Assembly: GCA_902765885.1 (NCBI GenBank)
Contig: CACXBN010000186.1
Location: forward strand, 1-35,726
DNA length: 35,726 nucleotides
Source of the DNA: an uncultured Ruminococcus sp.
GTDB lineage: Bacteria > Bacillota > Clostridia > Oscillospirales > CAG-272
Direction: 5' to 3'
The notes under the pieces were generated by a model that had not been told where the DNA came from, ran no database searches, and saw nothing but the letters and a program-made list of their open reading frames with translations. Of the stretch, positions 1-8,422 are shown piece after piece. The position numbers and the translations under genes were made by a program. How positions within the stretch are numbered: the first letter of the stretch is position 1; each line of letters starts with the position of its first letter.

Positions 1-2772
1 GGAGGAGCATCCAGAAACGAATCGAAAAAGCGATATGTTTCAATGCGAAATGAAATGAAAAAGTCTCTTTCGTCCATACTGAAGAGCTATTTCGCATACG
101 ACCCCGATACGGAAATGAAAATAGTCGAAAAGAATGCTAAAATCCTCGACAACCTTTCTGTTGTCATAAAGGACTTTTCGCTGCTTCTTGAGGAAAAGAA
201 GAAAGAGTCATCGCTTATTGAATACAGTGATCTTGAAAAAATTTCTCTTGGGATCCTCTTGGATGAAAAAGGAAACCCGACACCGATAGCAGAGAGTGTC
301 GGATCAAAATACAGGTATATCTTTATTGATGAGTTTCAGGATACCAACTATATTCAGGACGCAATCTTCAGATCTATTTCCGGAAACTCAAAGCGTTTTA
401 TCGTCGGAGACATAAAGCAGTCTATTTACGGGTTCCGCGGCGCGGATCCGGACGTGTTCGCAAAATACAGGGACATGTGGCTGACATACAGGGATGAGGA
501 AAGTTCTGAGGCTTATACACACGGGAGTTCGATTTTTCTTAGCGAAAACTTCAGGTGCGAAAAGAATATTATTGACTTTGCAAACAGAGTCTCAGGGTAT
601 GTTTTTCCTCACGGGGGAATCCCGTACGGTAAGGAGGACGAACTGGTGTACTCAAAAAACACAGAACTCCATTCTTCTCCGCTCCCGGTGGAAATATGCA
701 GGATTTCAACGAAAGGAACTCCTGAAGAAAGCGAAAACAGCTCCGAGAGTCAAAAGAACGATGATGCTGAAGCATTTTATGTTGCAGGCAGAATACAAAA
801 AATGATAGGCAAATATCTTCCGAGCGGGAAAACCGTAAAAGCAGGAGATATAGCCATTCTGATGAGAAGCAGCAGAAGCGCTCTGCAGTTTAAAAACGCA
901 CTTGAAAAGCTGTCAATTCCGGCAGTTGTCGAAATGAATACTCCGGCATCCGAATCCCCGGCTGTCCTTCTTATCGTATGCATTCTGAATCTTATAGACA
1001 ATCCGCTGAGAGATGTTTACACAGCCGGGGCATTAAGATCTCCGGTATTTGGTTTCAGCCTTGAAGAGATAGTTGAACTGAGAAAGTCGGAAGAAAATAG
1101 CCCGCTGTATCTGAGCTTAATAAGGGCAGCTCAGAACGAAAAAAACAGTGAAATGTCAAAAAAATGCTTAGAGACCGTGGAATGGGTAAACAAGCAGAAA
1201 ACCGTCTCGAGAGGCATGAGAATAGACAGATATCTTGAGTATCTTGTGGATGAGATAAACCTGTTTGCCATTGATGGCATCAGAGGAAACGGCGGGGAAA
1301 GAGATGCCGTAAACAGAATTTTTTCCCTTGCATCCACATTTGTAAGGGAAAATTCCAGTGTTACAGGAAATCCGGACATTTCCTCATTCCTAGACAGACT
1401 TTCAGTCTTTATAGATGAAACGAAGGGTGATGTATCGGATGGCGGCAAATCAGCTCCCGATGCCGTAAACATAATGACGATACACAAATCAAAAGGACTT
1501 GAATTCCCGGTTTGCTTCATTTGCGGAACTCAGAGAAAATTCACAAAGAAAAACAGCCTTAATTCAATGCTGTTCAGCAAAAGGCTCGGAGTCGGAATGT
1601 TTATTCCCGACGAAAAGGGCCTTGTCAACTACAACAATTTTATCTGGAATGCCGTCAGAGACGATATCTATGAACGGGATATGCAGGATGAGATGAGGGT
1701 TTTGTATGTCGCAGTCACAAGAGCTGAGGAGCAGCTTATAGTAACCGCATCAGGTAAAAATCTTCCTGCCCTTCCGGCATCAGACTGTGCAGAGTACGAA
1801 ATATCAGACGAGTTTTCCGTGAAGAATTCTTCTTCGCTTCTTGAATGGATGCAAAACGCTGTAACCTTGCATCGGGGCGGAGGGTATGTGGAAATAAAAG
1901 ATATCTCTTCCCAGGAAATTGCATCCGCGGACGGCTCCGAACCGGTACTCGATTCTGTGGAGGCAGACCTGGATACACGGAAGTACGGAACAATTATAGA
2001 CAACATGAACTATATATATCCATACAGCTATCTTTCCGGAGTACCGGCAAAAATCACCGTAACCAAGCTGTATCCACAGATACTGGATGAAGATGAGGAT
2101 GACGGAATGCCTCTTTATGACGGTCACAGATCATTTGACAGAAATGAAGATTATCATCTGCCGTCACTAAAGCCAAGGCCCGAATTCATGATAAAGGAGG
2201 AAATCGATGCAAATGCGGCTGAGCGCGGCACGGCAACTCATGTTTTTCTGCAATTTGCTAATTTCCTGAGACTTCGTGACAAAGGCGCCGAGTATGAAAG
2301 AGAAAGACTGCTTGAAGAAGGGTATATCACCCGTGGCATGGCTGAGATTATAGACATGCTTCAAATCGAGAAATTCGCAAAAAGCAGCCTGATGGACAAA
2401 ATGATCAGATCTGATATGATAAAAAGAGAATTCAGATTTGTTTCCGAACTCGATGCCTCTAAATTCACTACATCAGACGAACTGATAAGTAAATTTGATG
2501 TAAATAAGGTGAAACTGACTGTTCAGGGAGCCGTGGATTGTATTTTCAGAGATCCTGATACCGGTAAACTCGTCATTATAGATTACAAAACTGATAGATT
2601 CAGTGTGTCGGATATAAGACGAACAGATGGTTATGTTGAAAAAGTGCTTCAACTACGCCATGGTAACCAGTTAAGATACTACAGAGATATTTGCTCCGAA
2701 ATATTTGAAGAGGCAGTGGATTCAATATATGTCTATTCAACACTACTCGGTAAATGTATTGAGATAATATAG
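1..2772 (+). CDS. addA: ATP-dependent helicase/nuclease subunit A (AddA/RexA type), 5' end cut by the window edge
   Basis: Frame 1 is open from base 1, so the gene starts upstream of the window. UvrD/PcrA superfamily-1 helicase motifs are present: FIDEFQDTN, VGDIKQSIYGFRGA, ENFRCEKNII, MTIHKSKGLEFPV, LYVAVTRAEEQL. The C-terminus carries a RecB-type PD-(D/E)XK nuclease motif, DCIFRDPDTGKLVIIDYKTD. Confidence 0.85.
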   Translation, partial: GGASRNESKKRYVSMRNEMKKSLSSILKSYFAYDPDTEMKIVEKNAKILDNLSVVIKDFSLLLEEKKKESSLIEYSDLEKISLGILLDEKGNPTPIAESVGSKYRYIFIDEFQDTNYIQDAIFRSISGNSKRFIVGDIKQSIYGFRGADPDVFAKYRDMWLTYRDEESSEAYTHGSSIFLSENFRCEKNIIDFANRVSGYVFPHGGIPYGKEDELVYSKNTELHSSPLPVEICRISTKGTPEESENSSESQKNDDAEAFYVAGRIQKMIGKYLPSGKTVKAGDIAILMRSSRSALQFKNALEKLSIPAVVEMNTPASESPAVLLIVCILNLIDNPLRDVYTAGALRSPVFGFSLEEIVELRKSEENSPLYLSLIRAAQNEKNSEMSKKCLETVEWVNKQKTVSRGMRIDRYLEYLVDEINLFAIDGIRGNGGERDAVNRIFSLASTFVRENSSVTGNPDISSFLDRLSVFIDETKGDVSDGGKSAPDAVNIMTIHKSKGLEFPVCFICGTQRKFTKKNSLNSMLFSKRLGVGMFIPDEKGLVNYNNFIWNAVRDDIYERDMQDEMRVLYVAVTRAEEQLIVTASGKNLPALPASDCAEYEISDEFSVKNSSSLLEWMQNAVTLHRGGGYVEIKDISSQEIASADGSEPVLDSVEADLDTRKYGTIIDNMNYIYPYSYLSGVPAKITVTKLYPQILDEDEDDGMPLYDGHRSFDRNEDYHLPSLKPRPEFMIKEEIDANAAERGTATHVFLQFANFLRLRDKGAEYERERLLEEGYITRGMAEIIDMLQIEKFAKSSLMDKMIRSDMIKREFRFVSELDASKFTTSDELISKFDVNKVKLTVQGAVDCIFRDPDTGKLVIIDYKTDRFSVSDIRRTDGYVEKVLQLRHGNQLRYYRDICSEIFEEAVDSIYVYSTLLGKCIEII

Positions 2773-2806
2773 TTTTTTTGAAAAAGCACATCTCTTTGAT
2801 GGTAGA

Positions 2807-2845
2807 GTGAACCACATCTGGGATTCAATCCCCGATGTGGTTCAC
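2807..2845. repeat. 39-nt near-perfect palindrome (hairpin) downstream of addA
   Basis: GTGAACCACATC (2807-2818) is the exact reverse complement of GATGTGGTTCAC (2834-2845). Inner GGGATT/AATCCC pairing extends the stem. There is no T-tract on either strand. Confidence 0.6.
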
Positions 2846-2929
2846 ATGTTATACAGTACTAGTATCTTTTAAAATGTTGAACTGAGCACAGACATTTCTG
2901 GTGTTTTTATGCTTTTCTTAGGACACTCG

Positions 2930-2980
2930 TCGCCTAATCCTCGGTTATTCGATGTCCGAGATGCAGGCGATTTCTTATTG
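2930..2980 (+). terminator. Possible intrinsic terminator (interrupted hairpin plus T-rich tail) ahead of the yybS promoter
   Basis: TCGCCT(2930-2935)/AGGCGA(2965-2970) and CTCGG/CCGAG (2940-2944/2956-2960) form a nested stem. It is followed by TTTCTTATTG. Confidence 0.35.
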
Positions 2981-2992
2981 TCCATAATGTTA

Positions 2993-3021
2993 TTGAAAAA
3001 ATGCGATTTCGATGATATAAT
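2993..3021 (+). promoter_or_regulatory. Sigma-A type promoter for the yybS-gdpP-rplI-dnaB cluster
   Basis: -35 TTGAAA (2993-2998), 17-nt spacer, extended -10 TGaTATAAT (TATAAT at 3016-3021). Confidence 0.6.
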
Positions 3022-3082
3022 TTAAGATAGGTTTTTGTCGGTGTTTTTCCGAACATGACAAAAACAGAGGGAGGTGATAACA

Positions 3083-4438
3083 TTGGATTATGCAAATCAG
3101 AATACGGAAAAAAGAAAAGCCCCTGTGATAATGAGAATCATAATCGTGGTTCTGACAGTTCTTTTTGTCTTTGCATCCGCAAGGTTTATGGGGAACTTTA
3201 TAGTTAAATCCGATTCTGCGGAAAATGCATTTGTTCTTATGTTGTCTTCGGGCATTATTGGACTTCTCTTTGTTGTCATTTCCATAGGCCTTGCATCATT
3301 TCTGTATATAAGCGGCGCGCTGATTGAAACCGGAATTACCGGGATTCTTGGAATAGCAGCTCTGGCTCTTTCCGGAGCACCATATACCGTAACCATCATA
3401 ATCGGGCTGATGTTTGTTATTGTCACTGTTTCGATGTCTGTGCTTACAGAGCATATAAAGGTGACACGTTTTGCCAGAATGGCCATAGTAGCCGCCATGA
3501 TAGCAGCGGGTATGGCCGCATACCTTGTGTACGTTGCTTTTCCGATGATAGGAGGCATAAAGAACCTTCAGTCAACCATATCGTCATATGTTGAAAAAGT
3601 ATCGAACATGGTTTTTCCGGCACAATTTCTTGAGGCGAACAAAATCAACAGTGAGTATTACAGCCTTATTTCAAATGAAGTCATACTGGCAATACCGGGA
3701 TTGATTGCTGAATTTGCGGTTATCTCCGCATGGATAGCCGAGAAGATTTCCAAGGCAGCATGTTCCATTGCAAAAATCGATACGGAGCGATTTGTGACCA
3801 AAGACAAACTTACTTCCGTACCCGTAAGTTTCGGAGTGATATACATAGTGTCTCTCATACTCGGTTTCATAATGGCTCTAGGAACACCGGGAGTCCCGTA
3901 CGCGGTGGTCAACTGCATAGCCTGCATAACCCTTCTTCCGATGGCTGCCGTTGGGTTTAGAGTTATCCGAAAGAGAAAGCTTCCGATATGGATAATAATT
4001 GTGACTGTACTGCTCAGCTTGTTCATAATCGGCATTGATTTTATTTTCAGAATACTGGCATTCTACGGATCCGTATCACTTATTATGCTCCATTTTATGA
4101 GAAAAAAGTTCGGGAAAAACGGCGTTTCCTATATCTTGGACGGAACGGTCGGGAAAAAAAGGGACGGTTCTTATCCCGATTTTCAGAATTATCCTTTTTC
4201 AAATGAAGGAAAAGATGATGAGAATGAACCGTTCGGCGACGACGAACAGGATGATTATCCGGAAGACGACGACGGGACATTTGATGATGACATAAATGGA
4301 ACGCACCCCGGATTTGCAGGCACACCAGACGAATCGGAAGCTGATTCTGATGATGAATACGATGAATCCGGAGACCGGGAAAATACAGACAGCAATGACG
4401 ACGAAGACTCAGAAGACGGTGAACCTGACAATCAGTAG
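3083..4438 (+). CDS. YybS-like (DUF2232-type) polytopic membrane protein with a hyper-acidic C-terminal tail
   Basis: Multiple hydrophobic helices, and the position immediately upstream of gdpP-rplI-dnaB matches B. subtilis yybS. The ORF opens at GTG 3074, but GGAGG (3070-3074) overlaps that codon. In-frame TTG 3083 sits 8 nt after the SD and is preferred; ATG 3131 is another option. Confidence 0.7.
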   Translation: MDYANQNTEKRKAPVIMRIIIVVLTVLFVFASARFMGNFIVKSDSAENAFVLMLSSGIIGLLFVVISIGLASFLYISGALIETGITGILGIAALALSGAPYTVTIIIGLMFVIVTVSMSVLTEHIKVTRFARMAIVAAMIAAGMAAYLVYVAFPMIGGIKNLQSTISSYVEKVSNMVFPAQFLEANKINSEYYSLISNEVILAIPGLIAEFAVISAWIAEKISKAACSIAKIDTERFVTKDKLTSVPVSFGVIYIVSLILGFIMALGTPGVPYAVVNCIACITLLPMAAVGFRVIRKRKLPIWIIIVTVLLSLFIIGIDFIFRILAFYGSVSLIMLHFMRKKFGKNGVSYILDGTVGKKRDGSYPDFQNYPFSNEGKDDENEPFGDDEQDDYPEDDDGTFDDDINGTHPGFAGTPDESEADSDDEYDESGDRENTDSNDDEDSEDGEPDNQ

Positions 4439-4455
4439 GAAAGGCAGAAAACGAT

Positions 4456-6510
4456 ATGCTTTTTAACATTGATAAAGAGAGAAGAGGATCTTCCGGCAAA
4501 AAGAGCCAGATGCAGCAGGATGCATCCCGCTTGCGTACTCTTACTTTTGTTCTCATGGCGCTCGGCGGAGTGGTATCAATACTGCTCTTCGGTATACTGA
4601 CAGTGCTTGCGAAGATGAGGCCGAGATATGCGGGACTTATTGCCATCGCCGTATACATTCTTATCACGGCGCTCATTTGGTTCCTGACCGCAAGAAAAAC
4701 AAAAAAAGAATATAAATCAGAAGATCTTGCTCCCGTCATGGGAAGAATCATGTTTGATGCTGTTGTGGACATGAAGTCACCTGTTTTTATATGTGATTCC
4801 AAGGAGCGGATCGTATGGTACAACGCCGAAATGGAGAATCTCTTCGACAGAAATTTCAAACTCTACGAAAAGAGCATCAGTGAAGTTTTCGGCTTTGGCA
4901 TAAAAGAACTTCATAATGTCAAATCTGCGCGCGGCCATAAGTTTTCTTATGGAAAAAGGACGTATTACGCGAGATATGATGAAGTAAATACAGAAAACAA
5001 CAATTTCCTGCTTGTTATGACAGAAGATGCAACCAATGAGGAAAGACTTGCGACCGAGATGAAGCAAAATGAGCCGGTAGTTGCATATATAGTCATAGAT
5101 AATTTCATGGAAATGATGCAGTATGACAGCGAGCTGTACAGGCCTGTCTTGTCCAGTATAGATGAGGTCATCAGAGAGTGGGTTCAGAATTATTCCGGTA
5201 TTTTAAAGGAATATGAGAGAGACAAGTATCTCTTTATTACAGATGCAAGAACACTCAGCAAGATGATAGAAAAGAAATTCGACCTTCTTGACAATGTAAG
5301 AAATGTAATGTCCGGAGAGATATCAGCACCTGTAACGATATCAATGGGAGTTTCGGGAATCAAAGGAACATTCGAGGAAAAAGAAAAGGCTGCCTCGGCA
5401 GCGCTTGACATGGCTCTGCAGAGAGGCGGAGACCAGGCAGCTGTCAAAACGGACTATTCCATGGACTTCTTCGGAGGAGTGACCAAAACCGTTACAAAGA
5501 GAACGAGTGTCAGGTCCAGGGTAATTGCGGGCGAGTTGATGACCCTTATAAGAAAGTCATCAAATGTTCTGATAATGGGGCACAAATTTGCTGACTTTGA
5601 TGCCATCGGTTCATGTGTCGGACTTGCCAGAATTGCGATGCACTGCGGCAAACGTGTCAACATAATCATAGATATGGATGACAAGAATCTGTTCGGTCCG
5701 AGAGCCCTCATTTCACAGGAGCCGGAGTTTTCCGGTGTGTTTGTGGATACATCCGAAGCAATGGATCTTCTTGAGACAGGCACTCTGGTTATAATGTCCG
5801 ACCTCAATGACATCAGCAGGTCAGAAGAGCCTGAACTGGCACGAAGAGCAGAAAAGTTCGTTGTCATAGATCACCATATTAAGAAACTCGAGTTCGAAAA
5901 AGAACCTGATATAGAATATATTGAGCCGTCAGCCTCCGCAGCATGCGAGCTTGTTGCGGAAATGCTTGAACAGGTGCTGCCAAAGGATGCACTCACACCT
6001 GCAGAAGCCAATGTGATGCTTGCGGGAATAACTCTTGATACAAGCCAGTTCACAAAGAACACCGGAACAAGGACATTTTCCGCGGCAATGTATCTGAGAG
6101 ACCGGGGAGCGGATCCGGCGGTTGTTAAATCGCTCTTCAGAGAGAGTTTTGACGATTATGTCAGAGAAGCCCAGTTCAGGGGAAATGTGCAGATATACAG
6201 AAATGCGTTTGCGATAACGGAGGTCGGTCCAGATGTCAAAACGGACGGGTCCTACAGAGTCATTGCAGCAAAGGCAGCGGACAATCTCCTGAAGGTTGAA
6301 AAAGTCGAGGCATCATTTGCAGTCATAAAGATAGCGGATATAGTTCATGTATCTGCAAGATCGTCAGGAAAAGTTAATGTTCAGAAAATAATGGAAACAC
6401 TCGGCGGAGGCGGACACTTTGATGGCGCAGCCGCTCAGATAAAAGCTGAAAGTGTTGAAGATGTTATAGTCAAATTGAAAGAAGCCATAGATGAATATAT
6501 GGGCAGATGA
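4456..6510 (+). CDS. gdpP: Cyclic-di-AMP phosphodiesterase GdpP (two N-terminal TM helices, PAS/degenerate GGDEF region, DHH-DHHA1)
   Basis: Two N-terminal hydrophobic helices. DHH-family motifs GHKFADFDAIGS and VVIDHH, and DHHA1 motif LGGGGHFDGAAAQ. Synteny yybS-gdpP-rplI-dnaB. Confidence 0.9.
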   Translation: MLFNIDKERRGSSGKKSQMQQDASRLRTLTFVLMALGGVVSILLFGILTVLAKMRPRYAGLIAIAVYILITALIWFLTARKTKKEYKSEDLAPVMGRIMFDAVVDMKSPVFICDSKERIVWYNAEMENLFDRNFKLYEKSISEVFGFGIKELHNVKSARGHKFSYGKRTYYARYDEVNTENNNFLLVMTEDATNEERLATEMKQNEPVVAYIVIDNFMEMMQYDSELYRPVLSSIDEVIREWVQNYSGILKEYERDKYLFITDARTLSKMIEKKFDLLDNVRNVMSGEISAPVTISMGVSGIKGTFEEKEKAASAALDMALQRGGDQAAVKTDYSMDFFGGVTKTVTKRTSVRSRVIAGELMTLIRKSSNVLIMGHKFADFDAIGSCVGLARIAMHCGKRVNIIIDMDDKNLFGPRALISQEPEFSGVFVDTSEAMDLLETGTLVIMSDLNDISRSEEPELARRAEKFVVIDHHIKKLEFEKEPDIEYIEPSASAACELVAEMLEQVLPKDALTPAEANVMLAGITLDTSQFTKNTGTRTFSAAMYLRDRGADPAVVKSLFRESFDDYVREAQFRGNVQIYRNAFAITEVGPDVKTDGSYRVIAAKAADNLLKVEKVEASFAVIKIADIVHVSARSSGKVNVQKIMETLGGGGHFDGAAAQIKAESVEDVIVKLKEAIDEYMGR

Positions 6511-6529
6511 AAACTGGGGAGGGTAAGAA

Positions 6530-6973
6530 ATGAAAGTCGTATTACTTCAGGATGTCAAGGGACAGGGAAAAAAAGATCAGATAATAGATGTTTCCGACGG
6601 ATATGCCAGAAACTTTCTGATTCCCAAAAAACTGGCTCTTCAGGCAGACGCAAAAATACTTAATGATATTAAAAACAAAGAAGAAGCCAGACAGAGAAAA
6701 ATAGAGCTTGAAAAGAAAGCCGCAAGAGAAACCGCGGAAAAGCTGCAGGCTCTGATGGTCAAAGTAAAGCTGCAGCAGGGAGCCGACGGCAAAGTCTACG
6801 GTTCCGTTACAACAAAGGATATAGCCGATGCTTTGCTTGAACAGTACGGCATTGAAATAGACAAGAGAAAAATCGTTTTGTCTTCACCAATAAAGCAGTA
6901 CGGAACCTATCCGGTTGATGTCAAGATTTACCCTGAGATCACCGGTAAGATCAATGTGCTGGTTCATGAATGA
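6530..6973 (+). CDS. rplI: 50S ribosomal protein L9
   Basis: N-terminus [36 protein letters not shown] is the classic L9 signature. 147 aa, with a GGGGAGGG SD upstream. Confidence 0.97.
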   Translation: MKVVLLQDVKGQGKKDQIIDVSDGYARNFLIPKKLALQADAKILNDIKNKEEARQRKIELEKKAARETAEKLQALMVKVKLQQGADGKVYGSVTTKDIADALLEQYGIEIDKRKIVLSSPIKQYGTYPVDVKIYPEITGKINVLVHE

Positions 6974-6992
6974 TTGAAACTGAGGATTACAG

Positions 6993-8348
6993 ATGAGTAC
7001 TGAAATAGACAGAATTAATCATGAGCTTCCTTTTTCGCTTGAGGCTGAACAGGCGCTGATAGCCTCAGTTCTTTTTAAGCCGTCATGCCTTGATGAAGTG
7101 GAAAAATACGTATCCCCTGATGATTTTTATCTTCCTCAGCATGTAGCGATTTATTCCTGCATGAGGGATATGTATAACAAATCAAAAAATGTCGATGTCG
7201 TTACGCTCATCTCAGAACTGGTGAAACTGGGTACATATGATGAGGCCGGAGGCAGAGCATACCTTACACAGGTAGCCACGGAGTATGAAAATGCTCTCAA
7301 TGCAAAGGATTATGCGAGAATCATCTACGAGAAATCCGTTCTCAGAACTCTGATCAACGCAGGAGAACAGATTGCCGAAGATGCATATTCCGAAAACGGA
7401 GATGTAGAGAAACAGATCGAAGCAGCCGAAAAGAGAGTATATGACATTGCCCAGGGAAAGAGAGACAGCCGAGGCTTTATACATATCAAGGATATCATGT
7501 CCACTTCCCTTAACGAGCTTACGGTGAGGTCTCAGAATCCCGAATCCATAAAAGGTGTTCCAACCGGTTACAAGGATCTGGACAACATGATAGTCGGACT
7601 GGGAGATGCTGACGTTGTAATAATCGGAGCAAGACCCGGTGTGGGAAAAACTGCATTTGCACTTAATATTGCAGTTAAGGCGGCAAATGCAACAGGAAAA
7701 AAAGTGTGTATCTTCTCCCTTGAAATGTCTGCCATACAGCTTGCGGAGAGAATGATATCAAGTGAAGCATCCGTAAATGCATATAAGCTCAGGTCCGGAC
7801 AGCTGGAGCCAAGGGACTGGAGAAACATAGCAAAGGCTGCGGAATTTCTGTCAACATGCAATATCCTCATAAGCGACAGCTCTGACGTCACCGTATCATC
7901 AATGATGTCAAAGCTGAGACGTGAAAGAGAAAATCTGGGCCTCGTTATAGTGGATTATCTCCAGCTTCTCAGCGGTGACAAGGGCGGCGGAAGACGCTAT
8001 GACAACAGAGTCGTTGAAGTCGGGGACATTTCCAGAAGTCTTAAACTCATGGCGAAGGAACTCGGAGTTCCTGTTATCTGCTGTGCTCAGCTTTCAAGAG
8101 GAGTTGAAAAAACAAAGGAAAAAATACCGATGCTCTCGGATCTCAGAGAATCGGGTTCAATTGAACAGGATGCGGATATAGTAATGTTCATCCACCGAGA
8201 TTATAACTCGATGATAACAAGCGAAAATGAGGAATCAGTCGCAAAAATCATTGTAGCAAAGAACAGACACGGAAGGACAGGGGAATTTGATCTCAACTGG
8301 ATACCGCAGTTCTATAAATTTACGGGAATAGACAGCGAAATTCAATAA
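6993..8348 (+). CDS. dnaB: Replicative DNA helicase (DnaB family; DnaC in B. subtilis nomenclature)
   Basis: N-terminal LPFSLEAEQALIASVL, Walker A GARPGVGKTAFALN, IVDYLQLL, SGSIEQDADIVMFIHRD. 451 aa, with no intein-sized insertion. Confidence 0.95.
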   Translation: MSTEIDRINHELPFSLEAEQALIASVLFKPSCLDEVEKYVSPDDFYLPQHVAIYSCMRDMYNKSKNVDVVTLISELVKLGTYDEAGGRAYLTQVATEYENALNAKDYARIIYEKSVLRTLINAGEQIAEDAYSENGDVEKQIEAAEKRVYDIAQGKRDSRGFIHIKDIMSTSLNELTVRSQNPESIKGVPTGYKDLDNMIVGLGDADVVIIGARPGVGKTAFALNIAVKAANATGKKVCIFSLEMSAIQLAERMISSEASVNAYKLRSGQLEPRDWRNIAKAAEFLSTCNILISDSSDVTVSSMMSKLRRERENLGLVIVDYLQLLSGDKGGGRRYDNRVVEVGDISRSLKLMAKELGVPVICCAQLSRGVEKTKEKIPMLSDLRESGSIEQDADIVMFIHRDYNSMITSENEESVAKIIVAKNRHGRTGEFDLNWIPQFYKFTGIDSEIQ

Positions 8349-8360
8349 CGGAAGGAGCCT

Positions 8361-8380
8361 GGCCCACTGTGATGTGGGCC
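8361..8380 (+). terminator. Weak GC-rich hairpin between dnaB and dxs (possible partial terminator)
   Basis: GGCCCAC (8361-8367) / GTGGGCC (8374-8380) with a 6-nt loop. Only a poor T-tract (TGATCTTTGAT) follows. Confidence 0.3.
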
Positions 8381-8422
8381 TGATCTTTGATAGTATGATC
8401 CGGCCTCGAAAGGGTTTGAAAT

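Noticed and set aside
1-2772. AddA considered as part of a defence or anti-phage module
   Set aside because: It is the standard AddAB/RexAB recombination helicase-nuclease subunit. Its partner addB would lie upstream of the window, and nothing in the visible sequence suggests a non-housekeeping role.
2807-2845. The hairpin loop GGGATTCAATCCCC resembles a tRNA T-arm (compare GGGGGTTCAATTCCCCC of the tRNA-Glu here), raising the idea of a tRNA fragment or att site
   Set aside because: There is no D arm, anticodon arm or acceptor/discriminator context, no integrase nearby, and no matching direct repeat that I could see elsewhere in the window.
4095-4859. 254-aa minus-strand ORF spanning the yybS tail and the gdpP start
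   Set aside because: It overlaps two well-supported + strand genes. It is open only because the GAT/GAC/GAA-rich acidic tail lacks stops in antisense. It has no SD and no recognisable motifs.
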